Made by a program: the position numbers and the translations under genes. The notes under the pieces are model-generated. The model was not told the origin of the DNA. It saw nothing but the letters and a program-made list of their open reading frames with translations, and did no database searches. Below, one piece after another: positions 1 through 10,600 of a stretch of DNA of 54,388 nucleotides; the first letter of the stretch is position 1, and each line of letters begins with the position of its first letter. The stretch is from Catajapyx aquilonaris (Eukaryota). The stretch is taken from positions 1-54,388 of the forward strand of contig KZ538679.1 of the NCBI GenBank assembly GCA_000934665.2, given 5' to 3'.

Positions 1-173
1 GTCGCAGAAGAAAGGTTATATATACAGATCGAGCGTGCGTGTAACAAAAACAATGTGCCTACCCCTCTCCTGCCGCTTTACAGTAGTCCTCTAAAGAACC
101 CAACCTGCAAGAGACAAAAAGGAAAAAAAAACACACGTGGTATGAGTGCATACACAACAAAGAGGCCCCGTTC

Positions 174-476
174 TCAACAAATGCAAACAAACTCATATCC
201 GAGAGTGCTCCTAATTAAGTTCAGACGCAGTTTTGACTCCCCCAGACTGACTGACATGTGACACGAGAGTAGCGGTTTTGTCCCCAGCGGGAGGGTCCTT
301 CTCAGAGCTCCGGGGTCCTCCTTTCCCTCCAATCTCATCGCGGTAATGGAGAGAGCATTAGGAAGCGACGATGGGTGTCGACTCGTCGGCCTCCTCACCT
401 CCAGAAAACCAGTTAGGAGCACCGGATAATAGCGCCCAATGTCAGCACCCATGACCCCCCATTTCATTATGGGAGA
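174..476 (-). CDS. Possible terminal exon of the same gene (weak candidate)
   Basis: Pyrimidine-rich acceptor CTTCTCACCCTTCTGGTGCAG| at 477/476 is phase 0 and opens a 100-codon frame (SPIMKWGVMG...YEFVCIC*). No recognisable domain or clear tail anchor; the true exon may lie outside the window. Confidence 0.2.
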   Translation of the reverse strand, partial: SPIMKWGVMGADIGRYYPVLLTGFLEVRRPTSRHPSSLPNALSITAMRLEGKEDPGALRRTLPLGTKPLLSCHMSVSLGESKLRLNLIRSTLGYEFVCIC

Positions 477-1834
477 CTGCACCAGAAGGGTGAGAAGTCC
501 GTCTTTTCTTTACAACCTCTATTAAACGGCACCGCGCAGCGGCAGCCCCCAGGAAAAATCCGGGAAGGGGGGGAACTTTTCTTAATCTTGTTACCATCCA
601 AAATGTGCTCCGACTCTTGAAGCACCCGGATTCCCCATAAGGCCGACTCCCATTATTGTCTAACGAGGCGTTTTACGATAAATAATTTATCTGCCCATAA
701 ACCGTCCATCTGACTCACCTCTTCGGGACTGTCCATCGGAAGGCAGCCCACTGATCAACTCGTTAGCCCATAAGCACAGCAATAATGCAAGAGGCGGCGG
801 TGTCCGGTCAGCCCNGCCCCCCCCCCCCTCCCCTCCAAACCCTCGGGGAGCATAATTCATCAATAATGGGCGCCCGTACAGAAGTGTGTATTATAGGCAA
901 CAGTAATTCGCGGGAGTCGGTCCCGGGGAAGCTACCCAATCTCGACGGGGACGGCGGCGCGCACAAAAGAATTGCCCTCGGAATGGGTGTCATCACTTGC
1001 AGCCAATATACCTTTTTATTGCCCGCAGACTGGGCCATCGCCAGTATCGGGCCTACCGGATTCATCTCCTCCCTGGCACATTGATCACTTTGATTCCGGT
1101 TCGAGGACTCCCCCAATTTCCGCCAAAAACTCCATTAATTTTTTTTGTGTGTGTGTGTGTCGCACCGTGCACTATCTTAGCACCGGGGACTGGCCGTCCG
1201 TCACCCGGTAATCATCATTTGCATGCAAATCCATCACCTCCCCCCCGACTGATTAAATTTATGCACATGCCCGGCCAATGTTCCGCACTAAATATCCATG
1301 TACACTGACATGTGAACAAGACAAACTAGTTTGCGTCAACGTGTTATGACGCATGGTCCGCGCAATAAATCGGCGGGCCCAGATTACCTGCCGGTACTTG
1401 ACAAAAGGAGTCCTAGTGATTACGGTGGAAGTGACAGGCATCGTGTTTGTGTTATGTTGCGGAGACGGTCTCATTAGCGAAGAGCAGTGACACGTGCGGG
1501 ACGCCACTGCCAAAAAGGGTTGTCCCTCTGTCATACCCGGGGTTGAGAGCGAGAAGAAGAAAAAAAATAAAAATTGGTTCCTCCGAAGCCCCCGAGGCCT
1601 GCTAATTATGATCCCTAGCGCCCCCAGCCCAACCCAAGTCTCCCCCTATTGTTTCGCGGCTTGCAGTCGACGGGGGGTCCCAAGGAGTAATTGTCGTGCC
1701 CCGGGGGAGGAAACCTCTTTTGTTGGATGTCGTCGCCTTTGCCTCCGAGCCTCGGTGTCGCATCTCCTTTTGTCCGCGGATCGATTGGGGGAAATGAGGG
1801 GGCTGGTGGTTGCACACGCTGCATGCACACGTAC

Positions 1835-2256
1835 CTGCACGGCGAACCAGTCGGCAACACGTCGCAGGTCGCAGCCGACCATGGCCCACTCCTCTTGTGG
1901 CAGCGTCATTTGAACCGGGGCGGCGGGAGGGTCCGGGCTGGTAGATGGCAGCACGGTGCGGTGTTGGGGCTCGGCCTCAGGGCGAACTCGGACGGTGCTG
2001 CCGCCCGCCTCGGCCGCGGCCCTCAGTCGCACTTGCTCCAGGTGGTACAGCCGCAGCCTCAGCTCCTCCTCACCCACCTGTCGAGGTGCAGCATGGCCCG
2101 CCCTGGGGTCGGACCAGGGGCAGGTGGTCACCTCCTCGGGCTCCGCCAACTGGTGGTGCTGCACCGGCGGCGAGGGGAAAGTAGCGCTCTGTACCAGGTC
2201 CGGGAGTGGCAACGGGCCTCGACGTCGACGTCGTCGCCGCCGACGTGGCGCCGCTA
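1835..2256 (-). CDS. Coding exon B: poly-Arg, Pro/Ala-rich linker and C-terminal BH3-like motif (candidate BH3-only module)
   Basis: GC-rich stretch within the longest ORF of the window (1646..2344). Encodes AAPRRRRRRRRRGPLPLPDLVQ...MTLPQEEWAMVGCDLRRVADWFAVQ and ends at donor GTGCAG|GTACGT (phase 0). LRRVADWF fits the BH3 core L-x-x-x-[GA]-D-x-F. Confidence 0.72.
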
Positions 2257-2805
2257 CTGTAACGACACCGCAAGACATATTTAGCCAACAGTCCATTTTT
2301 TTTGTTCCCGACTGTACCGCCCCGCCAAAAACAAACCGTAACAATATCCGATCTCACAAGGGTCCGTTTCTTTTCCCCCCATGTTGCCCNCCCCCCCTCC
2401 AGTTTCTTCCCCCTCTGGGTGAAGGGTCTGGTGCCCCTGTTATCTGGCGATGAGCAGGTTCAAAACAATACTGGTGCCCCCGGGGCAACCCCCACAGCTG
2501 CTGCCTGGAGAAGGTCAAGGAGGTGCATCCAGGCAGCAGACTTCTCATATTTTTATTTTTTTTTGTACACATCATGCAACGCAATCCCACTCGTAATAAA
2601 CAGACTGATTACGCGCTGTCAACCTCGTCTGAAATGACTTAATAAACGCGCGCTCAATTTGCCCTGGGCCGCATCCCACGCAAGACCCCCGGATGATTAG
2701 TCACATGGTTGGCAGTTACGCTACCGGTGTACAGTATTTAATTGTGTGGCCCGGTGTGGCCGTACAACAAACTTTGGCGCCCAGCTGATTTCCCCGCCTG
2801 AAGAC

Positions 2806-2845
2806 ACACAAGTCGAAACATGTTTGTCCTTGGCCCGACTTGTAC
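2806..2845. promoter_or_regulatory. Candidate p53-family response element: four contiguous decamer half-sites
   Basis: ACACAAGTCG AAACATGTTT GTCCTTGGCC CGACTTGTAC. All four keep the CWWG core at exact 10-bp spacing with zero spacer, and the second is a perfect RRRCWWGYYY. Confidence 0.6.
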
Positions 2846-3049
2846 ATTTGGGAGGCGCCACGTTGAACCCCCGCCACTCGCACGACCTTGAGAGTAAGTT
2901 GGGGCCCACGCACATCTAGTTACCCCGGTAGTTGTTGCATCAGACCACAGCTGTGCGAGAGTAACGACCTGACGAGGTCGCTGACTCACAGTGCAGGTGC
3001 ATCGCGGCCTTGACACCCTGCCTATAACTAGGTCACTTTACGCGCACTG

Positions 3050-3062
3050 AGGTCACTGACAC
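3050..3062. promoter_or_regulatory. Candidate ecdysone/nuclear-receptor IR1 element
   Basis: AGGTCA-C-TGACAC (imperfect IR1), with another AGGTCA at 3030-3035; lies just inside the intron next to the donor. Confidence 0.3.
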
Positions 3063-3072
3063 CGGTACTTAC

Positions 3073-3349
3073 CCACAGCTCGTCTCCGATGTAGTATCGC
3101 CCTGGCCAGCTCATACAATATGTCCCGCCAGTTGTCCCTCAAAAAGCGGCATATGACCTGCAGCAAATCATGCACCGGCACCACGTTGTCTTCTTCCGGA
3201 TATATGGGCACGGCGCCGGCCACGCCGATCACCAGCTGTACCGACACCATACCTCCAGTCAGTAGGCCGCACCACAGCCGAATGAACCACTCTGCTCTGT
3301 GTTTCCAAACTACAAGTCCAAGCAGGCCGCCTCGTGCTGTGGCCTGCAT
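3073..3349 (-). CDS. Coding exon A of a candidate pro-apoptotic gene: hydrophobic leader, internal IBM-like AVPIYPEE and amphipathic helices (alternative ATG at 3250)
   Basis: Open frame from ATG 3349 (in-frame TGA at 3386-3388 upstream): MQATARGGLLGLVVWKHRAEWFIRLWCGLLTGGMVSVQLVIGVAG-AVPIYPEEDNVVPVHDLLQVICRFLRDNWRDILYELARAILHRRRAV. It ends at a perfect donor GTGG|GTAAGT (intron starts 3072), phase 1, matching the phase of the acceptor at 2256. Confidence 0.6.
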
Positions 3350-3600
3350 CACCCATGGCCCTGTACTGAGCAACACTCCAGCCAATCACAGCACAGGATG
3401 ACGGGGCCTCGCAGCATGTGCTGCTCCATGTGTTTTGTAAACATACGTGGTGGGGGTTGCTAGGGAGGGAGATGACCTCCAGTGGTTAAAAAAGTAACCG
3501 GGCGCCAAACACTTTTCGGACCCGTTCGCGCGCCCGACTCGTTCCCGCCGGCGGGAAAAACACCCCCACCACACCCCAGCAGGTTGGGACATGCCACGTG
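3280..3600 (-). promoter_or_regulatory. Putative proximal promoter of the candidate apoptosis gene
   Basis: Inr-like TCATTC (3285-3280) and TCAGTA (3369-3364); CCAAT box AGCCAATCA 3380-3388; FOXO-type TGTAAACA 3436-3443; E2F-type GGCGCCAAA 3501-3509; palindromic TTCCCGCCGGCGGGAA 3542-3557; CpG-rich. Confidence 0.5.
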
Positions 3601-6600
3601 CGCGTACTGTCTTGCAGCATACCTACGACAGGTGTAATCCGATATTGATTCGCATAGATGACAAAACGTCTATGACATTATATTGATCCGCATACCGCAT
3701 ACATGTCGTATGAGGCTTATCGCATTCCACATGCTGGCTGAGTAGAAAGCCTGGCGCCGTTTGTGATATGAAAAGGAAAATAAAAAATAAGCAGATACTG
3801 GTAATCAATTACGCAGCACTTTTTGATGTAAGCATCTTACTGAAATAGCCTGCAAGAATAGGCAAGATCAGGAGGTCAAAGGTTCGATACGCGTTTGATG
3901 GTTCGATTCGCTAATTATAATAATTAAAATGTATAATTTGACACTCATTCACAGATGGGGAAAACACTACCGGTGAATCAACACTACACTTATTTGCATA
4001 TGAACCGTACTTCCAGGAACCTGACAATTGGAGCGGTATGGCCTGATACATCACCAAAAACATCCCCCTTTAAAAAAAAACCGTGACATACGACTCCTCG
4101 CACTTTCCCAACACCCTGATGAACCTAATGAGCACCGTCCATCAGAAGCCCCAAAATGGACCTCAATCCATCACACCCCATGAACAATAGGGACCAGAAA
4201 GACACGTTAACCCAACTCTAATTTATTTTCCCGCCTTATCCTACATAACCCAGTTATTATAGTCCAACTAGGATTGTATATATCTCCCCCCTCCCCCTTC
4301 CCTCCCTCCTATTTCCTAGATAAATGTCTTTTTGATGCGGTGACTTCCCGATCTGGCCACCACCACTATCTGTTGAGTCTTATTAAAAGGAGATACAAGA
4401 GGGACCTCCCTTTGACTGGTCCAAATCCGGGCGAGATGCTAATTACCCTAGGGGTGTAATTGTACGGAGGGCGACTAGGGAGCATCATTTAGCATCCAGC
4501 CTAGGTAATGAGATATGGCGGATAAAGTCTTCGGGGTTCTAAAGCCAGATGAATGAATAAAAGGTCTCGATTCGCACCCCATGCTTTCGTCTTCTACACT
4601 TTTTTTAAAGGAAAAAAAAATAGATGAGGGGGTTGGAACAGGATGATCTTGCCCAATCAGCCAAGTACAATGTAGGTATTAAAGAGGGTGGTAATTAGCT
4701 GGGAGTAATTAGAAAGAGAGATGATTCCATGGCTACTTCAAGGGGATTTGACGCTTTTCAGTAGGAAGAATGGTGAAGGGTGTGGGGATTGGCGGGTAGT
4801 GTGTCAATCTTTCATTAAGTTCAATAGTCATAAGCAGTGTAATTAATATGGCTACTGGGTCAGGTTCATGATGTCATTTTTTATCCATGGCCTATCAGTC
4901 ATTATCATGACCTGCCATGACCGTTTGTTGCACCTATTGACGCACTATGTGGCATAATGCACATGATAAAAAGTGATGAGTCGACCTTTTGACGCATGTC
5001 GCGACTGCACTTACGGATGACAATATCAATGGCCATCAGCAACGGTTCACGGCTACGGGGCGTTGTATTTTGGGAGCATTTTGAAAAGCTGTACAATCGT
5101 CTAGACCAGGAGACGTCTTTTGAGACTGACCCGAGGGGATTTCTGCCTCCTTTCATCACATTTTGAGTGGTTGTCAATATTGACGTACAGGGGCACCTAA
5201 GTACAGGTACGAGGTCAAGTGCTTGGACAAACTAACCTTGTTGCTACCTCTTGCATAATTCTATATAGCAGATCGATATAGCATGACTTCGATGTCATTT
5301 ACAACGGCTATAGGCTAATCTGGATATTTGATCATTAATCTAAGGTATAATCTTGACGCCTCCTCGTAACCCTTACTCTATTTTGCAAGTATATCCGCCC
5401 GAGTTCCATAATAATTTATGTTGTAGGTTTATGCATATTGACATCAAAACATCACATACGCCCCCCTTCACTAAACCTGCGCAAACATCATGCATGATTG
5501 AGATTCTGAGAAACGATCAGTCTAAATGATATTGAGTTCCAACCTGTGGCAGCATTCTTTTCAGATGTTTCACATGGAGAGCTCCCCCTGACTCGAAAAT
5601 TACTCTATACCTGGGAAGGTGTGACTCACCTTGTATGAATCACTGTCTACTACCCTGGAAGTGTTTGTGTAGCGGAATCCCAACTCATAATTGTGTCCAA
5701 ATGCATGCGACACACAATTTGCGAAATGGAATCGGTCTCATTTTTCACCTGTCCATCGTCAGAGTGTGTCTTAATCTCCCTAATCTTCCAAGAAGGTCCC
5801 GTAAGATCTGGAAGAACCATTTTTCATCCGTCTGCTACCAAGCCACGCATCCTATTACAATCCAAACTAATCAATCCTCCAGATTTGCACTCAACCGGCA
5901 GGTTTATGTAAGATATCTAGTAGATAGCGTGTAGCCTTTCCAGCCTTAAAAAAAAAACAACAACAACGGGAACAAAAGCCCGGTAGCCATCTAGCCATCC
6001 CCATCAACACATTAATTTTACGAGGCACTAAAGTAATGAAAGCTGCTTTTCCAGTGTTGCTACTAGGCAACACTGGATGATACTCGTATTTGGTCTTCTA
6101 AGAAATGACCAGGTCCAGGTACACACTTGTTGCTAAGGGGGGATTGAAAAGCTGAAGGAACGGACACTTGCTACCTAGTATACAAGGGACTGACCTCTGG
6201 GCCACCTGGGCCAAACAGCCTCGGGGGATACGGCACCGTAGGAACCCACCCCTCTTCAATTCCCTAAAGGCTTTTGTGGGTGAGTCATGCCCCGGTAAAG
6301 CAGGTGAGGGAGGGTCAACGGTCAGTCCAACAGTATTTACCACACAGGTGTGTCGAAATTCTGTTTTAAAAAATTGTATTCCAGATTTGTTACATAATGT
6401 CCACTTTTGAAAGTCAAGGTGTGTCAATACCTGTATTTACGCCATAAAGTGGTTTTTAATCAGAAAAAATATGGCTTTTCAAGGTCCTGCAAACAACAAA
6501 CTAGGAAGTTTGGTAAGGAGTGAGTCAGTCATGAAAGTCACGACCATGGCCACGAATTGTGAACGACCTGAGTATACTGTTTGGTCACTGAAGAAGGTGG

Positions 6601-7625
6601 GAGGGTGGGGTAGGGGGTGACTCAGAGCACAAACCCTGAGCTTCCTTTTCACCCGACTAAAATCCGTGAAAGACCCGGTTTTTTCCCCCCTTATTTTGGA
6701 ACCACGACCCGAACTAAATCCTGAACATCTGCACTCCCAACTTTTGGTACGTCCTCAAGGTTTTGCGCAACATTTCGTAAAAATCCCTGGGTTCTTATCT
6801 AGTCTGACCTTGACTTGTAACAACCCGTACTTTATCGTAACGGACCGCACTTGCTCTTTGCGGTTGTACATCAAGGATACACGTGTCACACATACACAAA
6901 AGTGGTCTTCCAAAATAGGATGTGGTACACTTGCCAATATTGAGATTCAACCGGTATTTTTGCAAACACTTGTAATTACTCTCAATTTTTACAGATAATT
7001 TGCACACGCGATACACACGTGTTTGGGCGAGTCCTGCAACAGGTCACCGTTTCATATCCATCAGGTGCTCTTTTTTTATCGACCCAGGGATAGCCTTGCG
7101 GCCAACGTTTGTTTACAACAAAGAGTAATGACCTTCACTAGCTTCAATTCGCGCCTTTGACGATTGGCAAAAAAAAAAAAAAAAACGGGTGATGAATCTA
7201 TAATGGTGTCCATTTAGAGGTCCCTGACCTACCAGGCTAATAGTGACACAGCTGCTAGTAACAATATTCCACAGAGCCAGTGGGGCATACCCTTCCTGAA
7301 CTTTTCTCTTCCAAAATGCACCTGTTGCCTTTAGAAACAATTGGCACCAGGACACCGTTGGTATGGGACAATCTTCCGGGTGCACGACCTGAACGTCTCA
7401 AACTGCTGGTCTTACTCAACTAGTAACAGCTTGCACCTTGACCTTCCTTCTGGTTACGCCATCACCTGTCTCTCAACGGTCCACTTACCACCCACCTGCA
7501 ATACCATTTGTGAGTGCCAGTCTTTCAATGAATTGGAGTAATCGGACCCATACACCGTGAAACACCTACCGGGTGAGTCAGTAAGTATTGCACATGGAGC
7601 AGGAATTTTTTTGAAACCACCGGTA

Positions 7626-7626
<1 letters not shown>

Positions 7627-7693
<67 letters not shown>

Positions 7694-7695
7694 TA
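7627..7695. repeat. (TAT)n microsatellite
   Basis: About 20 TAT units; the source of the poly-I and poly-N artefact ORFs. Confidence 0.95.
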
Positions 7696-10600
7696 ATTTT
7701 TTGAAACGACAGGCAGCCATATTTGGTACATCTCGACGGAAATGAGGTCCCCGGTTGCAGAGGATGCAGGTGTGGAACCATGTTAACATCACAAGTGATC
7801 TGAAGAAAACCCGGAGCGGAAGAAAGGGCGTGTCTCTTCTCTTTAAGATTTTCCTTCAGCTTTTGACTTGATCTGTCGGCAGCTGCTGCTGTCCGGTCTT
7901 TATGCACTTCTCTAGGGGTATATTCCGTAGCCGAGTTTCCCACGACCTAACACTACAGGACTGCTATATACCTTCCTGATCGCACAATAATCATAATCAT
8001 TCAGTGGTTGGGGAAGGGGCGGATGGATTCGGATCCCAAACGGCTCTTCTGCTCTTCATACACGTATTATGATGGTCGCCAGAAGGCAAGGAAAGAGTTA
8101 CCCTGGATGGTGCGTTATTATTATGATTATCAGCGTCATCTAGAGTATTGTTATTTCCATCATTATTATCATCAGCGTGTGGTGCTGTGCAATCTCACGG
8201 CTTATCATAGTCACCCAGGGGGGAAGTAGTAACCATCAAGTTTCATATACAGTACGCGACTATTAAATGCTCTGTTATGTGATGTACGAGCTACAGTTCA
8301 TGAGGGTGGTCTTGCTAGTGCTAACCAACCAATGGCGGACATTCAAACATGGGCGGTTTTAAAAGTAGGCCAAGTGAGACTGCCCAGGTTGGTGACAAGT
8401 TGATATGAGTCATTACTAGCACTGACTAAAAGTTATCGCAAGGTGCAGTTCAGGGTTATCTTAATAATAGAAACTATTGTATTTTTTTTTTACATATCCC
8501 GAACAATAAATTTCTAGACCAAAACAATAAAAATCGATCAATTTCTCATAGATACCAAGGGGTCGAGGTGAGACTCGGGAGACAAGCGACGACGATTTTG
8601 AAAAGTGTTCCCTGAGTGGCCCTTGGCGCCCTGTCTGTCTTTTTTTTTTTTTTTGTATGTTCCCTCCCTATGCATGTGCTCCCCCCCGTCCCATCCCCGC
8701 CTCACAGGCCACATAATGGGTGCATTGGGACGGGGATGGATCGGAGGGGACACAGGTGTTGGTTAGTAGGCAAGGGTGACCATGGAAGAAGGCCAGTCAG
8801 TCCCCCTTTTCGTGCCCACTCTCATCCATTATTCATCCCCGGGTCCTTCCTCCCCAAGGGGGGAGGAGGGGAAGATGGCAAGACCCAACCAAACACGGGT
8901 ACACAAAAAATAGGCCTACTCCGGAGGCACCATCACAACCGAACCTTATAATAATAAAAAACGTAGAACCAGAGGGGTGAGTTCCAAACAGGTGCGTCGG
9001 ATTTTCTTACACCCACGCCTGAATATGCCGCCATGTTTGGTCCAACCCGAATAAATCCTGCAACCTAATCTGGTACCAATAAATTGGAATGCAACCGGAT
9101 CCGGACTGGTGTCGTAGTGCTGCAAACTGCAGTGTCGAGAAGCCTTTTAGTGCATGGAGGCGACCGTGAGTGTAACGTTACATACACCATGCTGCATTAC
9201 CCAACTGCAATGCAAGCCCTAGTTTTCAATTGGAAACCCGATCGAGGCGAACCAGCACTTTACCGCTTCGCTCATTCCCTCTTTTCGCCCCAATTATTTT
9301 CCCCAGCCCATCATATACTACCGGGCTAATGGCTGGGGCTCATCTACCTCGACTATACATTACAAACTACCATTATTATGATTGCGGGTCATATGTATCG
9401 ATAGCTAAACTGGGAAGGGGTGAAATTTTAAAATGGTGGGTGAAATTGCAGAATATGGCGTAGATTCGGGCGGATGTTTGTGAAGATAGTAGACCTCAAC
9501 TTGGGATTATTTCCTGGTTTCCTCTCAGGTTAACCTCGTTTTTATATGGAATCATATACAGTGGGCATACTTAGCTGTAAATAACTCACAACCGTGGATT
9601 TCTTCTGTATGCATACGATATGCAACACAGGTTACATATCTGGCTAGGATAAGCTACGTTACGTAAATATGTACACAACTCGAGCGTATTTACCCCTCTG
9701 CAAAAACAAAAGAGCAAACTCGGATTACCACGCGCTTGTACTATACCCGCCGAGTCAAATACAGCACTGGTAATTGATTGTTATTGACATAATTTCACGC
9801 TTTCCACGCCTATGAACACTTGGACTCATATTCAATCAGCGTGTCCCTTATATATAGCGATTCCCATTTATTCCAACGCTCACAGAAGGGGGATTACAGC
9901 AAACAAATTAAAAGCTGACATGCGGACAACAAAGCCCGCGGCGTAGTGTACCTCGTACACATACCCCAGCATATAGTGACAGGTATACAGGGACCGAATG
10001 ACACCACCCATCTTTTGTCTTTTTTTTGTATCGCTTTTTGGAGGCTCATCTGTCACTGGAGCTGGTTTCATTTCTCGCCTGGTTACCCCCGTACCGGATT
10101 CACCCAACTCGGCCTTTTGTGTTGCTCGCGGGACTTTTTGGATTTGGTTTCGCCGGGGGTAATTATTTTTACCCTGAGGTGCAGGGGACCTACCCTGCAA
10201 TGGAGGGGGGTGCCCAGGGCGTCCATCAGCCACCAAAAAGTTACACCCCTGAGCAGTGTGGAAAATGTTCCTGAATCCAGAGCTTTTGTTTGCGCAGGTG
10301 CACTTCTCCACTTCTCGCCACTATTCTTCCTACCAGCCCCTATATGGCTGCCCTCTGTTACCTTCACAATTTTTTTTCCATGGTAGAGGGCGTCTTTGCC
10401 AACACAACAGGTCAATCATGGAGTCTGGGGGGTGTCAAGGTGTCTTCCTAGCCTGATTCGGTATTCATTCAGGGGGAGAACAGTTTGGAAATAATGGGAA
10501 TGGAGATTTGATTGGGATTATTAAATGCGTAATTAATATCGGGTGTATTTTTTATTATGAACCATAAAGTTTAAGCTATTGCTAACGTATCGTCCCTAAA

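Larger units (their letters stand above)
2257..3072 (-). other. Spliceosomal intron (816 bp) joining exons A and B in frame
   Basis: Donor GTAAGT; branch-like CTAAAT at 2284-2279; acceptor TGTCTTGCGGTGTCGTTACAG|TAG (tandem NAGNAG). Phase 1 on both sides gives ...HRRRAV-V-AAPRRRRRRRRRG... Confidence 0.65.

Noticed and set aside
1691..2453. Plus-strand ORFs of 197 and 165 aa
   Set aside because: Antisense shadows of the GC-rich minus-strand exon; splice signals and motifs support only the minus strand.
7340..7500. Faint BEL/Pao integrase C-terminal-like peptide (GDGVTRRKVKV..RP) on the minus strand
   Set aside because: Too short and interrupted by stops; no other pol motifs or LTRs seen.
7454..7943. 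ORFs with poly-Ile or poly-Asn
   Set aside because: Translations of the (TAT)n microsatellite.
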